Virus record (IMG/VR): IMGVR_UViG_3300009551_000042
DNA: 48,077 nt
From: a virus
Taxonomy: Duplodnaviria; Heunggongvirae; Uroviricota; Caudoviricetes
Reading direction: 5' to 3' (one strand)
How positions within the stretch are numbered: position 1 is the first letter of the stretch; the number at the start of each line of letters is the position of its first letter. The notes beneath the pieces are model-generated. The model saw only the letters and a program-made list of their open reading frames with translations. It searched no databases and was not told the origin of the DNA. The position numbers were made by a program, and so were the translations under genes. Below are positions 1 to 8,145 of the stretch, piece by piece.

Positions 1-2
1 AC

Positions 3-218
3 ACCGACCTGAGCCGCACCGGCCTCATCTTTGCCGGCCACAGCCTGCCCGAGGTTCCGAACGGCTTCACGGCTCCCGTGAGCGCCGCTGGCGTCACCAC
101 CAGCCGATCGCGCTACCTCAGCAACGATCCCGCCTGGGAAACCGAGGCACGCGCAGCCGTCGCTGGGCTCGGCGAGCCGCTTTTGGATATTGCCGCTCAC
201 GCGGCACTTTCATTCTGA
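3..218 (+). CDS. 3' end of a gene truncated by the window edge (hypothetical)
   Basis: Open frame 3 from the window start to TGA 216-218 (TDLSRTGLIFAGHSLPEV...AAHAALSF*). Confidence 0.5.
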   Translation, partial: TDLSRTGLIFAGHSLPEVPNGFTAPVSAAGVTTSRSRYLSNDPAWETEARAAVAGLGEPLLDIAAHAALSF

Positions 219-251
219 TTGACCAACCAACTCACGTTAAGGGGACATAAC

Positions 252-596
252 ATGAACAAAATTGAGTGCCTGGCGGCACTGCACCGGGAGACTGCGCGTC
301 TGGTGGTGAAACTCGCCAGGAACCAAGCCATAGACTCAATGGACAGGCTGCAAATTGCAGATCTGCCACGGATCGGGCGCTTGCTTACTCGTTGCTGTGG
401 AGTAAGCCTGAGGGATTCAGAGATTCCCAGACTTGTAAGCCCAGAGGGTGAAGTCACCTCGACCATCTGCCGCCTGTTTCAGCACACATCAGGGCTACTC
501 GCGGCCCTTGCTCGGTCCGCTCAGCCAATGCCTGAACGCGATATCCTGTTGGCGTACGCGCTTACGCTCGATCTGCATCGACTGACATCAGAATGA
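252..596 (+). CDS. hypothetical protein
   Basis: ATG 252 with AAGGGG upstream; stop overlaps the next ATG (ATGA). Confidence 0.65.
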   Translation: MNKIECLAALHRETARLVVKLARNQAIDSMDRLQIADLPRIGRLLTRCCGVSLRDSEIPRLVSPEGEVTSTICRLFQHTSGLLAALARSAQPMPERDILLAYALTLDLHRLTSE

Positions 597-862
597 ACCC
601 CAAGGAATTCAACAAGCAACCCGCGATCAATCATCTACGCGCGGCGGTGCAGCTCTTCAACCAATGCCCGGAGTCATTCACCCACCGATTTACTTACATG
701 GAGCTTTGGACGCTGTATCGGGCCTGGAAGATGTCCGGCAGCCTTACGCGGCCCGATGAGTGGCGCGCACCAGTGCTAAGCGACGCACTGGCAGGCAAGA
801 TCCCGCGCTTGCGTTATGCCTCGCGCGCGGCTAGCGTCCGCCGATCAAGAGGGACCACATGA
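593..862 (+). CDS. hypothetical protein
   Basis: ATGA-coupled at both ends. Confidence 0.7.
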   Translation: MNPKEFNKQPAINHLRAAVQLFNQCPESFTHRFTYMELWTLYRAWKMSGSLTRPDEWRAPVLSDALAGKIPRLRYASRAASVRRSRGTT

Positions 863-1071
863 CGGAAGTCACTACGGAGCAAACCCAACCGGAACCATCC
901 ACCGAGCTACAGGCGTTCATCACCGATCTGGAAGCCCTTACCCGAAAGCACGGCTTCACCATCGTGACCGGCTGCTGTGGTTGCCCAGAAGTGGTGCGGG
1001 TGCCGATGGATGGCCGGTACAAGCACGGCCATGGCAAGCACCTCAGCTGGGAGGAAGGCGAATGGCACTGA
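859..1071 (+). CDS. hypothetical protein (GCCGCP motif)
   Basis: GAGGGA SD, ATGA coupling. Confidence 0.7.
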   Translation: MTEVTTEQTQPEPSTELQAFITDLEALTRKHGFTIVTGCCGCPEVVRVPMDGRYKHGHGKHLSWEEGEWH

Positions 1072-1445
1072 CGCACCGCCCACTTGCCGAAGCCCTCAGG
1101 CGAACCAGTGGGGACATGCTCCTAGAACTGGCGCGGGACATCACCAAAGGCGCCGAGGTCTCGCGCACGAGAACCAAGAGCATCGAGGTCGAGTTCAAGG
1201 GCGACGCGCTGATCGCTCGGCTCATGGTGAAAGAGCGCCGAGACAGTGGGCTCACGTTTACCGGCTGCTACGTGCAAATCACACGGGCTCGGTCGGGAAA
1301 CCGCTTCGTGCTGAGGCCGTTCGTTCGGACGCTTTCGGCCGGCTATTTGCCGGAAATTGCTGACAGGATCAGCGGCATCAATGAGCTTCATACGATCGGA
1401 AACCTGCTAGAATCTCGCGTGAAAGGCTTGGAGTTCGACGAGTGA
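1062..1445 (+). CDS. hypothetical protein
   Basis: Likely start ATG 1062 (GAGGAAGG SD) within track ORF 816..1445; GTGA-coupled to the next gene. Confidence 0.65.
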   Translation: MALTHRPLAEALRRTSGDMLLELARDITKGAEVSRTRTKSIEVEFKGDALIARLMVKERRDSGLTFTGCYVQITRARSGNRFVLRPFVRTLSAGYLPEIADRISGINELHTIGNLLESRVKGLEFDE

Positions 1446-1822
1446 AAAAGAAGCAAAAAGCCGCAGGAAACCTGACGCCGGGCGGCATCAATCACACGAT
1501 TTGGGCCCCAAAAAGTCAGAAAAAGAACTGGCAACAGTGCGCGGCGGAACTTGGATTTGATGCCGGATCCTTCGCGCGGCGGGCACTGGTGGCGGCCACT
1601 ACTGGCGCGCTACATGTCGAATTCACCGAAAGGCAGCTCCCTCGGGGGCGCCCCACGAGTGAGCGTGAAGAACTCGTGCAATTTCAGGTGAAATTGCAAC
1701 CTGGCGCCTCAAAAGAGTTCAAAAGTTGCGCAAAAGCCCAAGGTTTGAACGTCGGCGAATGGGAAAGACAGGTTATTGACGCAGCGTGTAAGGCCAAAGA
1801 TAAATCTTTCCTTGTCTCGTGA
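1442..1822 (+). CDS. putative DNA-binding protein with two ribbon-helix-helix-like units
   Basis: Internal duplication INHTIWAPKSQKKNWQQCAAELGFDAGSFARRALVAA / VQFQVKLQPGASKEFKSCAKAQGLNVGEWERQVIDAA (beta-strand then two helices), joined by a PRGRP linker. Confidence 0.5.
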   Translation: MKKKQKAAGNLTPGGINHTIWAPKSQKKNWQQCAAELGFDAGSFARRALVAATTGALHVEFTERQLPRGRPTSEREELVQFQVKLQPGASKEFKSCAKAQGLNVGEWERQVIDAACKAKDKSFLVS

Positions 1823-1823
1823 T

Positions 1824-1901
1824 TGGGGGCTGTGATACCCAGCCGATCGTTACCGGTCGGCTGGACTGTGTCCCCCACTGTTGGCCAGTTGGCCGGTAAC
1901 G
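1824..1901 (+). other. structured non-coding element (nested hairpin with loop complementary to downstream sequence)
   Basis: TGGGGG 1824-1829 / CCCCCA 1872-1877; CCAGCCGA 1839-1846 / TCGGCTGG 1857-1864; loop CGTTACCGG 1848-1856 is the reverse complement of CCGGTAACG 1893-1901. Confidence 0.45.
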
Positions 1902-1943
1902 CTTTCCAGTTAGCGTGTAGTCAATCCGCTGAGACTGAAGAAA

Positions 1944-2222
1944 GTGCCCTACCTGGTGCCCTACCTTTGCGCGAGGTAGGCCACACGTAAGCCAGCGTGA
2001 GTGCTCGTGAAAATAACCAAGTGTCCTACCTGGCTAACCTTTTCGAGCAAAACTTTTCTCCCTATATTTCTTCTTTTATATGATGTTGATCAAAAAGGTA
2101 GGGCAGGTAGGACACTTTTCGAAATAGAGCCTAGTTGATGCTGGATCGTGTGCCCTACCTCACGGGCCGGGTAGGGCAGAGGTAGGCCACTTTCCTATTT
2201 TGAAAGGGGCAAGGTAGGTCAC
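1944..2222. repeat. iteron-like repeat cluster around an AT-rich core; candidate replication origin
   Basis: About 10 copies of GTGNCCTACCT or its reverse complement (1944, 1956, 1974rc, 2021, 2032 degenerate, 2096rc, 2105rc, 2150, 2170rc, 2180rc, 2212rc); 20-bp imperfect inverted repeat 2021-2040 / 2096-2115 flanks an AT-rich 55-bp spacer. Confidence 0.75.
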
Positions 2223-2392
2223 TCCGGCGATATCGTTCGGGTTTTCCCGTTTCTCGCTGAGGGTGGTGATTTCAGGGCGCGTATACGCCTCTATAAACGG
2301 TTTTGGTGTCGGGTCGGTGTCGGGGCTCACCGTCTGCGCGCGAGACGTTTCTAGATGGCTTTCTGTGGCAGCAAACGCTATGACTGCCAGGC

Positions 2393-2914
2393 ATGAATGG
2401 GAATCTAAGTTATGAGCAAGCCGAGGCGCTAAAACTATGCGTCATCGAGAAAGAGGTCTACGACCTGGGGGCTGGAGACCTCACCCTGAGTCACCAGATC
2501 CTGGCGATGGGTGCTCGGCGCGTGATCGCTGTTGATTGCGAATACCGAAACCGTCGACCGGCAACAGCGATCGAAGGCATGCCGCTGATCGGTTGCTACT
2601 TCGAGGAGTTCTACCCGCGCGAGATCGAGATCGCTTTCATGTCGTGGCCCGAGAACCACAAGCCCATCGGGCTGGAGCGTCTCGCAAGCATGGCGCGACA
2701 TGTCGTGTACTTGGGCAGCACGTTCGGCGGCACGATGTGCGGCACACGCGGATTGTGGGAACACCTCATCACGCGCGACGTTTTGAGCTGGGTCCCTGAT
2801 GAGCGGAACAGCCTGATCATCTACGGCCCGAGGCGCACTCAACGCGCGCTCTTGCCTGACGAGCGCGCCGCGCTCGATGACGAAAGGATCCACGTATGGC
2901 CAGCCAGACTCTGA
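2393..2914 (+). CDS. class I SAM-dependent methyltransferase-like protein (paralog 1)
   Basis: Motif I VYDLGAGD, acidic residue closing beta2 (VIAVD); colinear similarity to the C-terminal domain of 6070..6969. Confidence 0.7.
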   Translation: MNGNLSYEQAEALKLCVIEKEVYDLGAGDLTLSHQILAMGARRVIAVDCEYRNRRPATAIEGMPLIGCYFEEFYPREIEIAFMSWPENHKPIGLERLASMARHVVYLGSTFGGTMCGTRGLWEHLITRDVLSWVPDERNSLIIYGPRRTQRALLPDERAALDDERIHVWPARL

Positions 2915-3342
2915 TCGATAAGTCGAGCTGGGGTGATGGGCCATGGCAACATGAGCCCGATCGCGTGGAATGGAAGGCGCACGGGTTTCACTGCCTCATC
3001 ACCCGCAACGATTTCATGGTCCATCTGTGCGGCTATGTTGCAGTGCCGCCCGGTCATCCTTGGCACGGCAAGCAACCGAACGCCGATGCTCATGGTGGTG
3101 TGAACTACGCCGAGTCATGTGCGGGCAAGGTCTGCCACGTTCCCGCCCCTGGTGAGTCTGATGACGTTTGGTGGGTCGGGTTTGATTGTGGTCACGGTGG
3201 TGACATCTCACCGGGGACAGCATGGGCCCTCAAGTCGCACGGCATGGACTATTTTTCGCGCGGCTGGTCTTACCGCGATCTGCCTTACGTGACGGCTGAG
3301 GTCGAAGGCCTCGCGCTGCAAGCGTCGAAGGCTCAGCCGTGA
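2896..3342 (+). CDS. conserved phage hypothetical protein (HLCGYV-x-HP...HGG...WWVGFDCGH)
   Basis: Cys/His motif pattern recognised as a widespread phage family of unknown function. Confidence 0.75.
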   Translation: MASQTLIDKSSWGDGPWQHEPDRVEWKAHGFHCLITRNDFMVHLCGYVAVPPGHPWHGKQPNADAHGGVNYAESCAGKVCHVPAPGESDDVWWVGFDCGHGGDISPGTAWALKSHGMDYFSRGWSYRDLPYVTAEVEGLALQASKAQP

Positions 3343-3608
3343 TCACTCGTCGGCTGTTCCTAGCTACGGCTGCGCTCGCGCCGATGATGCCGCGTATGAA
3401 GCTAACGGGGCTTGCGGCGTTGAAGGCCTGGGCTGCTGGGTGTGGGTGTCGCGTTGTACTTGGTCACCTACCGGAACTTGATGAGATGGTGATCGTGCTC
3501 GTAACGAAGGAAGGTAACCCGAGCTGGGCGAGCTTCGGTTGTCCAGTTACACGGCTTGACGAGCATTGTGATGGTGTTCTTCGATCGATCATAGGGATCC
3601 GATCGTGA
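3339..3608 (+). CDS. hypothetical protein
   Basis: GTGA-coupled at both ends. Confidence 0.6.
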   Translation: MITRRLFLATAALAPMMPRMKLTGLAALKAWAAGCGCRVVLGHLPELDEMVIVLVTKEGNPSWASFGCPVTRLDEHCDGVLRSIIGIRS

Positions 3609-3862
3609 ACTCCACCAACACGCCTAACGCTGTCTGCCCGAAGTGCAGCCGCGCTAACGACAAGGCCAGCGACGTTCTAGGCGACAGCACTCCCAGTGTG
3701 GGCGACTTCTGCGTGTGCGGGCGCTGCGCCGCCCCGCTACGGTATGGCCCAAACATGACCCTGGTCGAAACGAGTGTGAACGAGGCAAAGCGGCTCCTAC
3801 CCCGTGATGCTTTCCGCGCCTTCAAGCTCATGCGTCTCGCGATTCAGAGCATGAACAATTGA
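3605..3862 (+). CDS. zinc-ribbon protein
   Basis: CPKC...CVCGRC. Confidence 0.65.
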   Translation: MNSTNTPNAVCPKCSRANDKASDVLGDSTPSVGDFCVCGRCAAPLRYGPNMTLVETSVNEAKRLLPRDAFRAFKLMRLAIQSMNN

Positions 3863-4080
3863 CCTACCTGGAGCGCGTTCAGGCTTTGCTCGGTCCCCAC
3901 GGCTCCCGATGCAACAAGATGCATTTGGCTGCCGGTTGGGGGTTTGAGTGGAAATGGGCGGGTGATCCCCCGCTCCCAAACGGGATCATGCAAAGCAGGA
4001 TGCAGTTTTTCGTTTATAATCAATGGGTTACGGCTCAGTCCTGGGATGAGGACGTAAAACCACTGCTTGAACACATATAG
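3859..4080 (+). CDS. hypothetical protein
   Basis: TTG start overlapping the previous TGA (TTGA); ends in TAG. Confidence 0.55.
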   Translation: MTYLERVQALLGPHGSRCNKMHLAAGWGFEWKWAGDPPLPNGIMQSRMQFFVYNQWVTAQSWDEDVKPLLEHI

Positions 4081-4329
4081 GGGGATTGAGCTGGAAAAGG
4101 GCTAGCGGCTTTCTCGGGCGCACGCCGCTCCCACACGAAAAAATCCTGGCACCTACATTTCCCCACACCAGGCCGGGCGGTCGAAATGTATTGTCATGTA
4201 TTGCATAATTCGTTTATAGCTTGGTTGAAATCTATAAACGACCGTCGGGCCGAAACTGCCCCTCCGACTGGCTATCCCTCCCCGTCGGCTCTGCCTTCCC
4301 TGCCTATTTTCGTCCCCAAATTCGATTTC

Positions 4330-4357
4330 TGTACACACACCGTCCGGTGCGTGTACA
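4330..4357. promoter_or_regulatory. candidate serine-recombinase binding/crossover site
   Basis: 13-bp inverted repeat TGTACACACACCG-TC-CGGTGCGTGTACA (1 mismatch, 2-nt centre) ending 12 nt before the recombinase ATG. Confidence 0.55.
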
Positions 4358-4369
4358 CTGGCAGCAACG

Positions 4370-5104
4370 ATGGTCCGCAACAAGCGCAAGGCGAAGCCCG
4401 GAAATCCAGGCCTAGCGATCGGCTACATCCGAGCCAGCAAAGAGGATCAGGCGCTCACACCTCGGGCCCAGGCCCATGCGCTCGACGCATGGGCGGAGCG
4501 CATGGGCGTGACGTTGGTTGCTGTGTTCTTTGACCTAGGCCTATCCGGCTCGCTAGGGCTCGCCGCAGACGGCTTTCCGGAGCTTGAGAAGCGGCCAGGC
4601 CTAGCCGAAGCCCTGCAAGCGCTCCGCGTGCTCCATGCTGGCTCACTGGTTGTCGCCAAGCGCGATCGGCTTGCCCGTGACGTCACCTTGGCCGGCCTAC
4701 TCGGGCGCATGGCCGGCCATGCTGGCGCACGCATCATCAGCGCCGCTGGTGAGGGCACCGAGCTTGCCGACTCCGAAGACGGCGACGACATGCGCTTGCT
4801 TTATGACATGTTCGCTCAGCGAGAGCGCCGGCTCATCCGGAGCCGCACCAAAGCGGCACTAGCGGTCAAGAAGGCGCGCGGTGAGCGCATCGGGCAAGTG
4901 CCCTACGGCTGGCGCCTGGCGGCCGACGGCGTGACCCTTGAGGTCGACCCGCTCGAACTGGCCACGCTGGAGCACATCAAAGCCGAACGGGCCCGAGGCG
5001 TGAGCCTGCGCGGCATCGTCGCGGACCTGAACGAAGCTGGAGCCTTCGCTCGCGGGTCAAGGTGGCACCTGACGACCATTGCCCGAGTGCTCCGCAAGCC
5101 GTGA
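4370..5104 (+). CDS. serine recombinase (resolvase/invertase family with short C-terminal recombinase domain)
   Basis: GYIRAS catalytic motif, D-x-G-x-SG, RPGL, KRDRLAR, ER..I..RTKAAL, G..PYG, and a terminal helix-turn-helix (W..TTIARVL). Confidence 0.92.
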   Translation: MVRNKRKAKPGNPGLAIGYIRASKEDQALTPRAQAHALDAWAERMGVTLVAVFFDLGLSGSLGLAADGFPELEKRPGLAEALQALRVLHAGSLVVAKRDRLARDVTLAGLLGRMAGHAGARIISAAGEGTELADSEDGDDMRLLYDMFAQRERRLIRSRTKAALAVKKARGERIGQVPYGWRLAADGVTLEVDPLELATLEHIKAERARGVSLRGIVADLNEAGAFARGSRWHLTTIARVLRKP

Positions 5105-5133
5105 ACGGGCCTTGATTTGTGCTGCCCGTCGGG

Positions 5134-5156
5134 CATAGGCTCCGCGCGAGGCTATG
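5134..5156. promoter_or_regulatory. palindromic operator/promoter-like element
   Basis: CATAGGCT-N7-AGGCTATG, ending on the alkB ATG; near-identical element at 11556-11579. Confidence 0.45.
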
Positions 5157-5693
5157 ACCCGAATCGTGGGCGAATGCAGGCTATACAACCTGGGCGAGGT
5201 GCTGGGCGATCTAGAGCTGCAACAGCGCAGCGTCATCGTTGGCGGTACAGCCTTCCCGCAGCCGAGGCTAACGCAGTGGTTTGGCGCCCAGGCCTACGCA
5301 TACAGCGGGCTCCGTTGGGAACCGGTCCACATGCCGCGGGTCGTGAGCGAGCTGCGCGAAGCCGTGGAGGAGCTGTGTCACGACAAGTTCAATAGCTGTC
5401 TGGTGAACTACTACCGCGACGGCTCGGATTGCGTGGGGTGGCACTCGGACAATGAGCCGATCTTCGGCCACCGCGCTGCGGTTGCGTCGCTGTCGCTCGG
5501 AGCAACGCGGCTTTTCAAGCTCCGCCGCAAGAGTGACCACGCGGAACAGCTCCGCTTTGACCTGGAACACGGCTCGGTTCTGTACATGCCGCCAGGAACG
5601 CAAGACGAATGGGAACACACGATCCCACGAACCACGGCCCACGTCGGTCCGCGGTTGAACCTCACCTTCCGCCAAACGGTGCCGCACGCATGA
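5154..5693 (+). CDS. alkB: AlkB-family 2OG-Fe(II) dioxygenase (ALKBH2/3-like)
   Basis: QPRL, YAYSG, NSCLVNYYRDGSD, WHSD (HxD), ASLSLGATR, distal H (WEH), RLNLTFR. Confidence 0.95.
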   Translation: MTRIVGECRLYNLGEVLGDLELQQRSVIVGGTAFPQPRLTQWFGAQAYAYSGLRWEPVHMPRVVSELREAVEELCHDKFNSCLVNYYRDGSDCVGWHSDNEPIFGHRAAVASLSLGATRLFKLRRKSDHAEQLRFDLEHGSVLYMPPGTQDEWEHTIPRTTAHVGPRLNLTFRQTVPHA

Positions 5694-6073
5694 GAGTCTT
5701 GGAAAGCCCCAACGGTGAGCCCATGCTCATCATCCCCGACAGTCACACGGACTTCGTTCCCATGAGCGGCTGTCGCGTCGTGGAATACGGCCGTTTGCCG
5801 GTCCTGAACTTCGACGGCAGCCCGGTCCCCGAGCGCTGCCTGGACGTCTTACGGCGCCTCGTTGGCTACGGCCGTGCGAGCACCGTTGATCAGCTCAAAC
5901 AGTCGCTCGATGAGGCCGATCGCCAGGAGGCTGCGCGCTGCGCTGGTCGCTCCCAAGGCTTCGACGCCATGACGGAAGCGCTTTGGGAGCTGGTGCAGCG
6001 TCTAGAGCTGGGCTCGCCCGGAACGGTCCCGCTGAGGCACTTGGCCGACCGCAGAGAGAGCGAGCCGGGATGA
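5690..6073 (+). CDS. hypothetical protein
   Basis: ATG 5690 overlaps the alkB stop (ATGA); ATGA-coupled to the next gene. Confidence 0.6.
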   Translation: MRVLESPNGEPMLIIPDSHTDFVPMSGCRVVEYGRLPVLNFDGSPVPERCLDVLRRLVGYGRASTVDQLKQSLDEADRQEAARCAGRSQGFDAMTEALWELVQRLELGSPGTVPLRHLADRRESEPG

Positions 6074-6969
6074 CGGAGACACCGCAAGCAGCCATCGCCT
6101 TCGGTGCGCCGCAGAAGCTTAGCCCGGGCTCAACGCACAAGCGCTGCGCCGAGTGCGGCGGGCCATGCTGGTTCGCTGCGGTCACGTGGAAGCGCCTGGA
6201 GACGATCGCCAAGTCGATGCCGGTGACCTACGTCTGTCTACCCTGCTCACCGAAGGCCCCGCCGTCGACCAGTGGGCGCGTTGAGCCATTCAGCGCCGAA
6301 GAGGTCGCCTACGCTCGCTCACGGGGCGAGGATTGGACCGCCGAGCAGATGCGCAGCAACGCTGAGGCTGTGTTTGCTGAGCTACGCACGCACGTGCACC
6401 GGCCGCACCACGTCGAAAACGGGGAGCTTAACGAGGCGCAGCGCTCCGCGCTTCGGCCGTTCATCGCTGAGCGCCACGTGTACGACCTCGGCGCCGGAGA
6501 CTGCGCGCTGACCGCGGAGCTGGTGTGCATGGGCGCTCGCCACGTCGTCGCTGTGGATGAGAAGTTCCGCGAGGTTCATACCTACGGCCCGGTCACGATG
6601 CTCGGCGCTTGGTTCCACGAGCTACAGGCCAAAGAAGACATCGAGGTGGCGTTCGTGAGCTGGCCCACGCCGATCTACACCTGGCCGCCAGCGCCGCGTT
6701 ACGCGCAAGGCCTGATCGACCTCTGCGACGCCGCGCCCGTCGTCGCCTACCTCGGCTCGAACTTTGGGAGCCGATGCGGGAACGTCGAGCTGTGGCAGCA
6801 CCTGGGAACTCGCGAAGTCCTGGCCCACGTTCCCGACCCCCGGAACACGCTGATCGTATACGGACGCAAGGGCGGACGCATACCCGGTCAGGGCTTGCTG
6901 CCGGAGGAGAAAGCGGCGCTGTACTGGGGCGCCAATCCGCTCCCGGTTTACGGGGTGACCTATGGCTGA
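6070..6969 (+). CDS. zinc-finger domain fused to a SAM-dependent methyltransferase-like domain (paralog 2)
   Basis: N-terminal CAEC...CLPC; C-terminal VYDLGAGD...VVAVD...AFVSWP...YLGSNFG...RNTLIVYG...LLPEEKAAL. Confidence 0.7.
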   Translation: MTETPQAAIAFGAPQKLSPGSTHKRCAECGGPCWFAAVTWKRLETIAKSMPVTYVCLPCSPKAPPSTSGRVEPFSAEEVAYARSRGEDWTAEQMRSNAEAVFAELRTHVHRPHHVENGELNEAQRSALRPFIAERHVYDLGAGDCALTAELVCMGARHVVAVDEKFREVHTYGPVTMLGAWFHELQAKEDIEVAFVSWPTPIYTWPPAPRYAQGLIDLCDAAPVVAYLGSNFGSRCGNVELWQHLGTREVLAHVPDPRNTLIVYGRKGGRIPGQGLLPEEKAALYWGANPLPVYGVTYG

Positions 6970-7402
6970 GCCCCGGGCGATGGTTCGCGAGGTCGACGGA
7001 CAGCTCGTGCTCGATGACCCGGACGCTCTCGCGGTGATTCGAGCAGTGGCAAAGCACAACTGCCGGCTGACGTTCGAGGCGCAGCGCGAGCACGTTGACC
7101 GCTGGGCACGGCGCATCGTGGAGCTAGGCCAGTCGCCGCGCTCTGTGGTGATCGTCGTGCTGAACGTTGACGATCCCAACGGTAGCGAGGTGGCTAACGC
7201 GCTTATGCCAAACTCTGCGGCCCTCTGGGACGGGATTCGGGCACGCGGTGAGACACCGTTCGCTCGCGGCCTCGTTTCGCGTCGGTTCACTGAGCTACTA
7301 TTGCGCCGTTACGACCCTGAGGCGTTCTTCAAGCTTGAGACGATCGAGCTAGGCGTGGTCGTCATGGACCACGGCGTGGCGGAGGTGTTCCCCCATGCTT
7401 GA
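6962..7402 (+). CDS. hypothetical protein
   Basis: Overlapping start/stop chain, coding-like composition. Confidence 0.7.
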   Translation: MAEPRAMVREVDGQLVLDDPDALAVIRAVAKHNCRLTFEAQREHVDRWARRIVELGQSPRSVVIVVLNVDDPNGSEVANALMPNSAALWDGIRARGETPFARGLVSRRFTELLLRRYDPEAFFKLETIELGVVVMDHGVAEVFPHA

Positions 7403-7652
7403 GGTCTGGGTCATCGAAGACGCCAAGGGCGAGCCCGTAGCGGCCTACATCGGCTCGCGTGAGGGCTTGCCGCCACTACGCGAGGGTGAGCGGCTTGAGC
7501 AGTACGGACGGCGCTCACAGACCGTCGAGCTGGCGCAGGCAGTGGCTCACGTGATCCCGTGCGCGAAGCTAACAGCGCTCGGCTGGCTGCGCGTGCCAGA
7601 CCTGATCGACCAGTGCGCAGACGTCGGCATCGAGCTGGAGCTAGAGAAATGA
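7395..7652 (+). CDS. hypothetical protein, N-terminus paralogous to 8709..9164
   Basis: MLEVWVIEDAKGEPV vs MPQVWVIETADGRPI. Confidence 0.65.
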   Translation: MLEVWVIEDAKGEPVAAYIGSREGLPPLREGERLEQYGRRSQTVELAQAVAHVIPCAKLTALGWLRVPDLIDQCADVGIELELEK

Positions 7653-7846
7653 AGTGCGCTCACTGCTCTGACACGGAAACCCAGGCATGCGCCGTGACCA
7701 TTGACGGTGTCGAGCTGCGAACGGTGCTCATGCTCTGCAACTTTCACAAGGAACGACTATTGCTCCGGCTAGGCATCGTGCTCGGCTCGCTGGACCTGCC
7801 TTTGGATGAGGTGGCTCGCAAGTTCGCCGTTGCGGCTGGCTCATGA
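7649..7846 (+). CDS. small zinc-finger protein
   Basis: CAHC...CNFH; ATGA coupling at both ends. Confidence 0.6.
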   Translation: MKCAHCSDTETQACAVTIDGVELRTVLMLCNFHKERLLLRLGIVLGSLDLPLDEVARKFAVAAGS

Positions 7847-8145
7847 CGCCGGCCCTGATCATCTGCCACCGAATCGACGAGCCCGACCGTGTGCCGGTGC
7901 CGGGTTCGCTTCCGCTGCCTTGCGCGATCTGTCGGGCGACGGTGTTGGTCTCACCGTCAGTGCTAACTCGCGTCGCGGAGGAGTCGCTAAACCCGCACTA
8001 TATGTGCGTTGAGTGCGGCGTGGAGTACATGAACGGTGTTCAGCTGCTGCCGCCCACCGCCAAGCAACAAGCCGAGAGGGCCGCTGCCGGCGGTGGTGAG
8101 TGGCCCATGCGGGAGCTATGGGACCAGCGGCTGCGGCGCGTTTAG
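7843..8145 (+). CDS. zinc-finger protein, paralogous to the N-domain of 6070..6969
   Basis: PGS-x4-CAIC...YMCVEC. Confidence 0.65.
   Translation: MTPALIICHRIDEPDRVPVPGSLPLPCAICRATVLVSPSVLTRVAEESLNPHYMCVECGVEYMNGVQLLPPTAKQQAERAAAGGGEWPMRELWDQRLRRV

Noticed and set aside
1944-2222. CRISPR array
   Set aside because: Repeats are 11 bp, in both orientations and irregularly spaced, with no unique spacers of uniform length and no cas genes.
4370-5104. Large serine integrase or IS607 transposase
   Set aside because: 244 aa with no zinc-ribbon/coiled-coil; no N-terminal MerR-type HTH and no tnpB neighbour.
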